DNA from: Candidatus Iainarchaeum sp.
GTDB taxonomy: Archaea; Iainarchaeota; Iainarchaeia; Iainarchaeales; GCA-2688035
Direction of reading: 5' to 3'
DNA: 64,000 bases
NCBI GenBank assembly: GCA_017610205.1
Contig: JAFCCL010000002.1
Span: 71,481 to 135,480, forward strand
Part shown: positions 47,101-54,583 of the stretch, piece by piece
How the letters are laid out: every line of letters begins with the position of its first letter
Numbering within the stretch: position 1 is the stretch's first letter
Translations under genes and position numbers: made by a program
The notes under the pieces: model-generated
The model's input: the letters and a program-made list of their open reading frames with translations, nothing else
Databases searched by the model: none
What the model was told of the DNA's origin: nothing

Positions 47101-47833
47101 CCAAATACCTTCCATAAATTGTTTTCTTTTTGTCAGGCAAAGCAAGCCTTAAAATTCCAACAAACCTTGTTTTGTCACCTGCACTAATTCTGTTAACCAA
47201 ATCGTCTGCAATATAAATATTAAGAGTTGAAGCCTGTTCATTTCCCTTAAGCTTTTCCAAAGGCTCCTGAATTTCAATTCTTTGACTGTCAATAAATTCT
47301 GATTGCTCTGGCACAAGCTCAAAGTCTCTGTGCCTGCACTCGCAAAAAGAAGGCATTTGAAGCTGCTGGTTATCCTGCTTTTTCTTATAAGTGTTGCCAC
47401 AGTGCTTGCATTTCCACACTGCAAGCTGTAATTTTGGCATAACTGTTGTAATTTGCCTTACAATACCTTCAACAGCAATAAGCTTTCCCAACTGCTTTGC
47501 ACTAATGTCTCTGACAAGGGGCTCGTGTTCTTTTGGCAAATTAAAAAAACGAACGTGTGGTGAAAATTTTTCAATTTCAAGAGCAGGAACCTCTATTTGT
47601 TCAACTGCATCCTTTGCAGCCTCCAAAAGAAGTTCAGGGCGGTCAAGAACTGCATCAGCAAGCTCTATGTCAAACCTCTCCAAAAGAGTAAAGTCAATAT
47701 CAAGGCTTCTTTTGTCAGGATAGTTTTCAACAAGCCTTTCAAGCTCTCTTTTGTAATTTGCTTCAAAAAATTCCAAGAATTTGGAAACGTAAGGGCTTTC
47801 ACTGTCCTCCCTGATTTTTTCCTCCAAAGACAT
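44117..47833 (-). CDS. mcm: MCM replicative helicase containing a 538-aa LAGLIDADG intein
   Basis: 1238 aa. Zn finger CKHCG...CEC, Walker A GDPGTGKSQ, arginine finger SRFDL. The intein lies between ...TSGVGL and TASAVKDD.... Confidence 0.9.
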   Translation of the reverse strand: MSLEEKIREDSESPYVSKFLEFFEANYKRELERLVENYPDKRSLDIDFTLLERFDIELADAVLDRPELLLEAAKDAVEQIEVPALEIEKFSPHVRFFNLPKEHEPLVRDISAKQLGKLIAVEGIVRQITTVMPKLQLAVWKCKHCGNTYKKKQDNQQLQMPSFCECRHRDFELVPEQSEFIDSQRIEIQEPLEKLKGNEQASTLNIYIADDLVNRISAGDKTRFVGILRLALPDKKKTIYGRYLEALHLEETQREFESVEVTPEEENEIRALAENPEIYEKLTKSIAPAIYGHETVKESIILQLFGGVKKHLPGNQTIRGNVHVLLVGDPGTGKSQILQSSHNIAPRSIYTAGKTTSGVGLCVAPDSLILNDNGFKPIKDFVEENFCEENSVEEIPNAWANNFSGKSHCLGSKLKLEKEDIYKIWKIKAPEEMIRIKTRLGKEIELTPNTSLVRLKDNKIEWVKSEDLGKGDFVACPRKLPEGNKKNIPSISLLANDKNILVKDNVAELLKEITDILVKDYGSLQKIAKKIGKSRDTIYAIRNKRHYHAISLKNLIELSQEAGFSLEDISKQISEVFVNHGKPMKIPIYLDNEKLAYLAGLALGDGSLWEKGNGTSTIRIFSATEQLLQEIDAISLELFGLLPEKINDGFRVPARRISYRVVCELLKAFGLNRDKTRIRISHLATEMPNNILAKLLQGLFDTDGWVVIGKNYSSSVGITTISKGLAKSLHLALLKFGIQSKLRKRKKAEKIAVEKKISVTSSHDQYYTEIRGKKNIETFEKQIGFNLVEKKKKLRELISKAPEENTNIDIIPSIHQLLKNQNAEWIYSSGRLNISRKKLQKFVRKKSFNNLLLKQLAKSDILWEEVSEKECFKPCYEFVYDFSVKKDHNFIANGIFVHNTASAVKDDFGEGGWTLKAGALVLSSGGICMVDELDKMDAEDRSAMHEAMEQGMISVAKAGIVTRFKSDTSILAAANPKMSRFEQYTPFIEQINLPASLISRFDLFFMIKDVLDRTKDEAITAHILKTHKSGELISQYKKKGNALKKEDQEDIELISTPPVDPELLGKYISFTRQNIFPVMSKEAIQAIGDFYIGLRDIGRKEGSYAATHRQLEGLVRLAEASARIRLSDTAEKEDAERAIKLVKASLSDVVTDPETGKIDYDIIMTGQTHTQITNMRKILSILREKAAEMDNVPLQDVLNEAVSEGIDKERARDLIQKLEKNGELYRPRHNFLKPTRKD
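45137..46750 (-). mobile_element. MCM intein with LAGLIDADG homing-endonuclease domain
   Basis: Begins CVAPDSLIL (Cys1) and ends FVHN, with Thr at +1. Internal YLAGLALGDGSL and LLQGLFDTDGWV motifs. Confidence 0.8.
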
Positions 47834-48280
47834 TTTTTACCACTTTATAAAAATTCTCCCATTTCTCCCTTTTAAAACCGCTTCAAAGAGCAGGTTTCCG
47901 CTAAAAATCCCCTTCAGAAGAGTTTCCCCTAATATTCCAGAAATCAAAAAAAATTCGTGTTGGATTGAAAAAAAAATCTTTCAATACTATTAGTACACTA
48001 AAATAATTATAGGTAAGCAATTGACAAAACAAACCAAAACAAGAATGACTAATTTGGAAAGCAAACCCATTACCCAATATTTGAAGGAGGAGGCCGCTTT
48101 CTTGTCCTCATAATCTTTCTTGGAACTCCTGACGGACCAAGCATTGAGGGAACCCGATTATTTCTCCGTATGCGGTTCAATCACCTCTTAAGCCAGGCAG
48201 GAATATCCAACCTCATATTGTAATAATACTCAAAACACTGTATTAAGGTTTTGGGGAAAAAGAGATCTGATTTTGCTATC

Positions 48281-48330
48281 GTTTTCCCCTCATCATCTCC
48301 AATTCCGAGTTTTTTCTTAGGACTCTGCTT
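48281..48330. repeat. Copy A of a conserved ~50-nt non-coding motif (copy B at 60693-60742, ~88% identical)
   Basis: gttttcccctcatcatctccaattccgagttttttcttaggactctg versus gtttctcctcatcacctccaattccgaattttttcataggactctg. Confidence 0.7.
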
Positions 48331-48459
48331 TCCTTGACGGAAAAAGGCAAAGGGTTAATAAATTTGGCGATGTTAATATTGGTGTATGACAAAGAAGGAA
48401 TATTTGGCCAAACTTAACAAATTTATTAAGGCAAGTAATATTCGAAAGACTTAACCAGC

Positions 48460-48972
48460 TTAATCAGTAATTAGCATTCTTTTCATTTCAAATTCTTTTA
48501 GAGTTCTTGGGGAAATGTTTTTGTCAGTTGTATGAAAGCAAACACAACCATACTGGTAGCCAACTGCTATATTGATAGCGTCTTTAAATCCACAAACAGT
48601 ATCAGATTTTACTGCCTTTTTCACCAATTCCAAAGTTTTGTTATCAACATTGTATATTTCAATTTCAAAAGTTGAGATTATGAAATTCAACGCATTCATT
48701 AACGGTCCAGTTTTCACTAAAGAATTGTCCATTTGTGCAGTATGAATTCGTTTTACTACCTCTCCAATTGCATGCGTACTGGTCAAAGACTTTCTCTGTT
48801 TTCCTCTAAAAGAGTAAAGTAAGTCGTCACACGTTTTTTTCTTTCTTTCAGCCAATAAAGTTCCAATAAATACGTCAGCATCAATAAAGTGCAATTGCTG
48901 TTTTTCTATTATTCGGTCTCTCTTTTTTCTTAACTTGTTGTGCTTTTGGTAGCGATGTTTGTCTGTCATCAC
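48460..48972 (-). CDS. PIN-domain nuclease (VapC-like) with basic N-terminal leader
   Basis: LHFIDADVFIG ... DAINIAVGYQYGCVCFHTTDKN acidic PIN residues. Confidence 0.6.
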   Translation of the reverse strand: MMTDKHRYQKHNKLRKKRDRIIEKQQLHFIDADVFIGTLLAERKKKTCDDLLYSFRGKQRKSLTSTHAIGEVVKRIHTAQMDNSLVKTGPLMNALNFIISTFEIEIYNVDNKTLELVKKAVKSDTVCGFKDAINIAVGYQYGCVCFHTTDKNISPRTLKEFEMKRMLITD

Positions 48973-49123
48973 GTAAATTGGAAATAGGATTGTTTAAAAT
49001 TCTATGGAAATTTCCGTCTATTGCCCAATTCAGAATTTTTTCAAAAAGGCAGTGGTTACTTGGCAGTGGACTATTATAGAAAGGAATAAAAGACTTTGAT
49101 GGGGTGATAATTATTTGATATAG

Positions 49124-50593
49124 ATGCAAAAAACATTTTTCATTAGCACGGCTATAGATTATCCCTCTGGAATTTTTCATCTCGGTCATGCATACGAAAA
49201 AATAGTTACTGACACTATTGCAAGGTGGAAACGATTAGAAGGCTATAAAGTCTATTTTAGTACTGGTACAGATTGTCACGGCTTAAAGATTCAGCGAGCA
49301 GCAGAAAAAGCAGGAAAAGAACCAAACGTCTTTGTTGAAGAAATTTCTGACTTGTTTAGGGACTTATGCAAAGTCCTCAATATTTCATACGACGACTTTA
49401 TTATGACAACAGAGAAAAGACATGTGAAAGTAGTCAACGAGATACTCAAGAAAATTCATGAAAAAGGCGACATCTACGAAGGAGAATACGAGGGAAACTA
49501 TTGTGTTGATTGTGAAACATTCTACACAGAAAAAGATTTAGTAAATGGAAAATGTCCTACTCACAAAAAAGAAACAGAAAGAGTTAAAGAAAAAAGTTAT
49601 TTCTTCAAAATGAGCAAGTATCAAAAAAAACTTGTTGAAGACCTGAAAAACAATCCAAATTCGCTTTGGCCAGAAAAGAAAAGAAATGAAATTCTGAATA
49701 GATTAAAAGAGCCTTTGAAGGACTTGACCATAACCAGGGAGAAGGTAACGTGGGGAATTCCTCTGCCGTTTGACAAAAACCTTACAGTGGCTGTTTGGGT
49801 TGATGCACTAATAGATTATCTGTCAACCTTGGACTATCCAAACGAAAAATTCAAAAAATTCTGGCCGGCAACACATGTCATAGGCAGTGACATTGTCTGG
49901 CATCACGAAGTTATTTGGAAAACACTGCTTCTTTCATTAGGAATCCCTCTTCCAAATGTAATCGTTCACGGATTCATTAATCTAAAAGGAGAAAAACTAA
50001 GCAAAGCAAGGGGTATAACAGTTGACCCAATAAAATTGGCAGAAAAATATTCAACAGACGCCCTTCGCTATTTCCTTCTTCGTGAAATACCATTTGGACA
50101 GGACGGCAACTTTTCAGAAGCTGCATTAAAGCTGCGTTTGAACAACGAGCTTGCTAACGAACTCGGAAATCTCGTGAACCGTAGTTTAGTTATGATTGAG
50201 AAAAAGGCAGGTGGAAAAATTCCTGCCTCAAAAACAGATGCTTCACTGCAGAAAAAACTTGACTTGAAGAAAATTGAAAAGAAAATGAATGACTTAGAAT
50301 TACATCACGCCCTTGCGGAAATATTTTCATTTGTTTCAGCCTGCAACCAGTTCATTAACGAAAAAGAACCCTGGAAGCAGAAGGGAAAAGACCTTGAGCA
50401 AACACTCTACTCTTTGGCTGACAGCATTAGAATAATTTCAATTCTACTGCAACCATTCATTCCTGAAACAAGCAAAAAAATCAACAAGCAGCTTGGAGTA
50501 AAGTCAGGTTTGCTAAAGGACTGCAAGTTTGATTTGCTAAAAGAGAGAACAAAGGTTAAGAAAGGAGAAATTTTGTTCAAGAAGGTTGAGTAA
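49124..50593 (+). CDS. metG: Methionyl-tRNA synthetase (short form, no C-terminal tRNA-binding domain)
   Basis: HLGHAY (HIGH), Zn knuckle CVDCETF...CPTH, KLSKAR (KMSKS). Confidence 0.9.
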   Translation: MQKTFFISTAIDYPSGIFHLGHAYEKIVTDTIARWKRLEGYKVYFSTGTDCHGLKIQRAAEKAGKEPNVFVEEISDLFRDLCKVLNISYDDFIMTTEKRHVKVVNEILKKIHEKGDIYEGEYEGNYCVDCETFYTEKDLVNGKCPTHKKETERVKEKSYFFKMSKYQKKLVEDLKNNPNSLWPEKKRNEILNRLKEPLKDLTITREKVTWGIPLPFDKNLTVAVWVDALIDYLSTLDYPNEKFKKFWPATHVIGSDIVWHHEVIWKTLLLSLGIPLPNVIVHGFINLKGEKLSKARGITVDPIKLAEKYSTDALRYFLLREIPFGQDGNFSEAALKLRLNNELANELGNLVNRSLVMIEKKAGGKIPASKTDASLQKKLDLKKIEKKMNDLELHHALAEIFSFVSACNQFINEKEPWKQKGKDLEQTLYSLADSIRIISILLQPFIPETSKKINKQLGVKSGLLKDCKFDLLKERTKVKKGEILFKKVE

Positions 50594-50599
50594 TCGAAT

Positions 50600-51025
50600 T
50601 TACTTAATCTTTCCCTTCACGAGCTCAGCATACTTCTTCAATTCTTCAATTTCCGCTTTTCCCTGCTCCCATGCAAAATTTAATTTGTCATTTTCATGTC
50701 TTGGAATTACGTGGAAGTGAACGTGTGGAACAACCTGTCCAGCAACCTTGTGATTGCTTTGCAGTATGTTAAAGCCTTGAACTCCTGGCAGTGCAACCAT
50801 TGTTGCAGCTGCAACCTTTTGTATGGCTTTGGTTACACTTTTGAGCTCTTTGTGGGGCAGGTCCAAAAGCGTTGCATAATGATTCTTTGGAATAACCAAT
50901 GCGTGGCCTTTTGAAGCAGGCATTATGTCAAGAAAGCTAAGCACTTGCTCGTTCTCATACAACTTTGTGCAGGGAATTTCCCCTTTTACGATTTTGCAAA
51001 AAATACATTCATCCAAAAAAACCAC
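50600..51025 (-). CDS. HIT-family hydrolase
   Basis: HVHFHVIPR histidine triad. Confidence 0.85.
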   Translation of the reverse strand: MVFLDECIFCKIVKGEIPCTKLYENEQVLSFLDIMPASKGHALVIPKNHYATLLDLPHKELKSVTKAIQKVAAATMVALPGVQGFNILQSNHKVAGQVVPHVHFHVIPRHENDKLNFAWEQGKAEIEELKKYAELVKGKIK

Positions 51026-51109
51026 CCTAAAAAAATAGGTTGGATTCTGAATAAAAATAGGTTTGCCAACTGTAATTTTTGAAAAAAAAGAAAAAGGGAG
51101 GCGAAACCC

Positions 51110-51856
51110 TTATTGCACTTGTTTCGCCTGTGTTCCTGCTACTGCTCCGTTAGGGTATGCTTCTGCAAGAAGGCTCCAAATCATTACACCCACTACAAAA
51201 TAGAAGATAATCATAATGATTAGACCTATCCAGATTCCCACTGTCGGAACAAACATGAGCGCGCTTGTTATCAGCCCTACAATGAAGGCAAGGACTATTG
51301 AAAGCACTATGGCCACAATGATTGCTATAATGAATTTTCCTGTGAAAAAGTTTCGCAGGTTTTCCTTTATTGCAAACGCTTTTCCAAACTGCCTTGTCTT
51401 TGCATAGTTCATGATTCCCGAAATTATCAGAATCATTCCAATTACTGCAAGAATCACTCCAAGCACTATCAAACCTGATGCTGCTGCAAGACCGCCTAAA
51501 ATTAAGGTAGTAAGCTGTTCCTGCACCATCTCTGTGCTGCCTGCCATTGCCGCCGCACTTATTGCACCTATGACAATCGGTCCTAGTGCGATGAATAACA
51601 CAATCATTGCCGGAATCATTAGCACTATTGAAATTACAATGTACTTAATGCTGTCAACCACGAGTTCTCCAAAGTTTCCAAAACTTGGCAATGTATTGTC
51701 ATTGTTCATTGTCCTGTTTGCAACCCTTATAAAGTAACCAGGAATTGTCAAGATGTTGACTATTGGAATTACCATAAGAATTATTCCAATTATTAGGCTC
51801 TTAATGTTTCCAAAGGGTTTTCCAATTGCGGTTCCTATATTCATTTTGCTTTTCAC
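51110..51856 (-). CDS. Polytopic membrane protein (DUF4013-like)
   Basis: 248 aa with about 6 TM helices. Confidence 0.5.
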   Translation of the reverse strand: MKSKMNIGTAIGKPFGNIKSLIIGIILMVIPIVNILTIPGYFIRVANRTMNNDNTLPSFGNFGELVVDSIKYIVISIVLMIPAMIVLFIALGPIVIGAISAAAMAGSTEMVQEQLTTLILGGLAAASGLIVLGVILAVIGMILIISGIMNYAKTRQFGKAFAIKENLRNFFTGKFIIAIIVAIVLSIVLAFIVGLITSALMFVPTVGIWIGLIIMIIFYFVVGVMIWSLLAEAYPNGAVAGTQAKQVQ

Positions 51857-51965
51857 CTCCCGAATTTTTTAATAGAAATAGGCTTTTCTCCTATTTAAAG
51901 GTTCTTTAGTGCCTTTTTTGAGCAAAAATTCCATTTTTTTCTTACTCGGCTTTTAAAATCTTTGC

Positions 51966-51992
51966 CTATATATATTATATATAATATATATA
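51966..51992. promoter_or_regulatory. Near-perfect 27-nt AT palindrome (ctatatatattatatataatatatatag) in a divergent intergenic region
   Basis: Seen directly in the sequence. Probably overlapping bidirectional TATA boxes for the membrane-protein gene (minus) and the KH-protein gene (plus). Confidence 0.4.
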
Positions 51993-52003
51993 GGTGGTCT
52001 TTT

Positions 52004-52546
52004 TTGCCTTCAGAGCTTTTTGAAACAGTAAAAATTCCTAAAGAACGAATTGGGGTCTTAATTGGCACAAAAGGCAAGATTAAAAGAAAGCTTGAAAAAT
52101 TGGCAGGAGTTGAACTTGAAGTGGATAGCGAAACAGGCAGTATAGGAATTCAAAGCAGGGAAAATGCTGGAAATTTTTATGACGCTGTAAACGTTGTAAA
52201 AGCAATTGGAAGGGGTTTTTCTCCGAAAGCATCTTTTGCATTGTTTGACGAAAACACACTTCTGGACATAATAAAAATAAGCGATATTGTTGGCGGAAGC
52301 GAAAAAGCAATTCACACCAAAAAGGCAAGAATTATTGGAACAGAGGGAAGAGCAAGGACAGCCATTGAAAATGCAACAGGTGCAAAAATATCGGTCTTTG
52401 GAAAAACAATTGCAATAATTGGAGATTACAAAGAAGTTGAGCTTGCAAGAAAGGCAGTTGAAATGCTTTTGCAGGGAGCACAGCACAAAAAAGCAATGGA
52501 ATTTTTAAGAAAAGAAAAAGAAGGAATTGAAAAATTTACAATCTAA
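52004..52546 (+). CDS. Double KH-domain RNA-binding protein (aDim2/Pno1-like), TTG start
   Basis: IPKERIGVLIGTKGKIKRKLE and IIGTEGRARTAIENATGAKI GXXG loops. The ORF-track start at 51962 lies inside the palindrome; the in-frame TTG at 52004 is more likely. Confidence 0.7.
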   Translation: MPSELFETVKIPKERIGVLIGTKGKIKRKLEKLAGVELEVDSETGSIGIQSRENAGNFYDAVNVVKAIGRGFSPKASFALFDENTLLDIIKISDIVGGSEKAIHTKKARIIGTEGRARTAIENATGAKISVFGKTIAIIGDYKEVELARKAVEMLLQGAQHKKAMEFLRKEKEGIEKFTI

Positions 52547-52695
52547 ACTGGAAAAAATTGAAATTTAAGGGAAAAGAATTAAAAGTTAAGGGAATTAAAA
52601 ATTTTACAATTAAGAAAATGAAAAAAAATTACAAATTTAGCGGAAATGGAAAAAAATTATAATTTAAGAAAATTGGAAAAAATTACGATTTAGGT
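52523..52695. repeat. About seven degenerate tandem copies of a 22-27-nt unit (GAAAAAATTACAATTTARG), spanning the KH-gene stop through the top6B 5' region
   Basis: Copies include ggaattgaaaaatttacaatctaa, gaaaaaattgaaatttaaggg, gaaaaaaattacaaatttagcgg, gaaaaaaattataatttaag and gaaaaaattacgatttagg. Confidence 0.6.
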
Positions 52696-52704
52696 TTTTT
52701 TATT

Positions 52705-54570
52705 ATGGCTACTGGAAAAGGTGTTGAATCAACAATTATTAATGCAGAACACCTTGCAAAAGAATTTAAAGAACACTCTGTTGCAGAATTCTTTAAGAAA
52801 AACAAGCAAATGCTTGGACTCTACGGAAAGGTAAGGACTCTTACAACAGTAATTCATGAATATGTTACAAACTCTCTTGATGCATGTGAAGAGGCAAACA
52901 TTTTGCCGGAAATTCAGGTTAAAATTTCAGAAATTGCAACCGAGTATTATGAAGTTGAAGTAAAAGACAACGGACCAGGGCTAACAAAGGAAACTGTTGG
53001 AAAAGCACTGGGTCAGCTTCTTGCAGGCACAAAATTTCACAGAATGATTCAGTCAAGGGGACAGCAGGGAATTGGATCAAGCGGATGTACTATGCTTGCC
53101 CAAACCACAACAGGAAAACCATGCAGGGTAATTACAGGAACAGGAAAGGGAAAGCCAATAAGCCTTGAACTAAGTATTGACCCAAAGCACAATTTGCCAA
53201 AAATAACAAACATGAAAGAAATTGACCGAAATTTTAGGGGGCTTGCAGTGCAGGCAAAATTCAAAGGCATGCTATACAGGGATTCAGAACAAGGACCATT
53301 GGAGTACTTGAGAAGAACCGCAATTGCAAACCCGCATGCGGAAATAAAATTTAGAGACCCAACAGGGCAAAAATTTATTTTTAAAAGAAGCGCTTCAAAG
53401 GTTCCAAAGCCACCAATTGAAGTAAAGCCCCACCCCAAAGGAGTAACAGTTGACGAAATTGTCACAATGTCAAAATACAGCGATGCAAGAAAGGTAAGCA
53501 GCTTTTTGAGAACAGACTTTGACAGGATGGGACAAAAAAGCCTTGAAGGAATCACCAAAAGAGTTTCCTTTGACATGAACAAAGACCCAAAGCAATTAAG
53601 ATGGGACGAAGCAGAAGAAATTGTCAAAGCATTTAAGGAAATTGACTTCATTGCACCAAGCTCTGATGCCCTAAGACCAATTGGAGAGGAAAGAATTACA
53701 AAAAGTCTTCAAAATATTGTAGACCCTGAATTCATGCATGTTCTTACAAGAAAACCACAGGTTTACGCAGGAGGATTTCCATTCCAGGTAGAGGTTTCAA
53801 TAGCATACGGAGGAAAAGCAGGAAGAACAATTAGTGGCAGTGCTTCAGACGGACCACAGAAAAGACTTGAAATAATGCGGTTTGCAAACAGGTCACCGCT
53901 GCTTTTTGACGCAGGAAACTGTGCAATTACCAAAGCAGTGCACAGCATTGACTGGAAAAGATACGACATAAAAGACATTGACAATGCACCAGTAACAGTT
54001 CTTGTAAATTTTATCTCAGTATACATTCCATACACAGGAGCAGGAAAACAGGCAATTGCCGACGAAGACGAAGTAATTGAAGAAATAAGACTTGCACTAA
54101 TGCAGTCAGGAAGAAAAGCAGGAAGGTATATCTCAGGAAAAAGAAAAGAAGCAGAAAGACTAATGAAACGAGAATTGTTCTACAAATATATTCCTGAAAT
54201 TGTTTACGCATTAAATGCAATTACAAAAACCGACAAAGACACATTGGACAAAAAGCTCAGAAAAATGGTTTTGCTAAAACTAAAACTTGACGACGAAAAA
54301 GAAGCAAAAGAAAACGCAGAAAACGGAAAAGGTGAAGGAATAGAAATAGCAAAAAAAGAAAACGCCCACGCAAAAAGCGTGCCTGAAAAAACAGAACAAA
54401 AAACTGAAGAAAAAGCAGAAAAGGAAAGCAAAAAAAAAGCAGAAAAAGAAACCAAGGAAAAAGCAACGCAGGAAAGTAAAGCAAAGGAAACAAAAGAAGA
54501 GCATAAAACCAAGGAAAAAACAAAGGGCAAAAAAGCAAAAAGCCAACACGCAGGAAAAAAAGGAAAATGA
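52705..54570 (+). CDS. top6B: DNA topoisomerase VI subunit B with ~90-aa K/E-rich C-terminal tail
   Basis: GHKL ATPase N-box (YVTNSLDACEE) and G-boxes, transducer domain. Tail KEAKENAENGKGEG...KKAKSQHAGKKGK ends at TGA. Confidence 0.9.
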   Translation: MATGKGVESTIINAEHLAKEFKEHSVAEFFKKNKQMLGLYGKVRTLTTVIHEYVTNSLDACEEANILPEIQVKISEIATEYYEVEVKDNGPGLTKETVGKALGQLLAGTKFHRMIQSRGQQGIGSSGCTMLAQTTTGKPCRVITGTGKGKPISLELSIDPKHNLPKITNMKEIDRNFRGLAVQAKFKGMLYRDSEQGPLEYLRRTAIANPHAEIKFRDPTGQKFIFKRSASKVPKPPIEVKPHPKGVTVDEIVTMSKYSDARKVSSFLRTDFDRMGQKSLEGITKRVSFDMNKDPKQLRWDEAEEIVKAFKEIDFIAPSSDALRPIGEERITKSLQNIVDPEFMHVLTRKPQVYAGGFPFQVEVSIAYGGKAGRTISGSASDGPQKRLEIMRFANRSPLLFDAGNCAITKAVHSIDWKRYDIKDIDNAPVTVLVNFISVYIPYTGAGKQAIADEDEVIEEIRLALMQSGRKAGRYISGKRKEAERLMKRELFYKYIPEIVYALNAITKTDKDTLDKKLRKMVLLKLKLDDEKEAKENAENGKGEGIEIAKKENAHAKSVPEKTEQKTEEKAEKESKKKAEKETKEKATQESKAKETKEEHKTKEKTKGKKAKSQHAGKKGK

Positions 54571-54583
54571 AAGAGTGAATTAA

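Noticed and set aside
47880-48230. GC-enriched segment checked for RNase P RNA, SRP RNA or C/D-box sRNA signatures.
   Set aside because: No P4-type GGAAAGUCCGG, no SRP helix-8 motif, and no properly spaced C/D boxes could be found by eye. It is left as unexplained non-coding sequence (see the finding on this block).
48881-49189. 102-aa minus-strand ORF overlapping the metG start.
   Set aside because: It overlaps a strongly supported metG N-terminus on the opposite strand and has low-complexity composition.
52523-52695. Possible degenerate mini-CRISPR array.
   Set aside because: Units are 22-27 bp, degenerate, and contiguous without unique spacers. No cas genes are present in the window.
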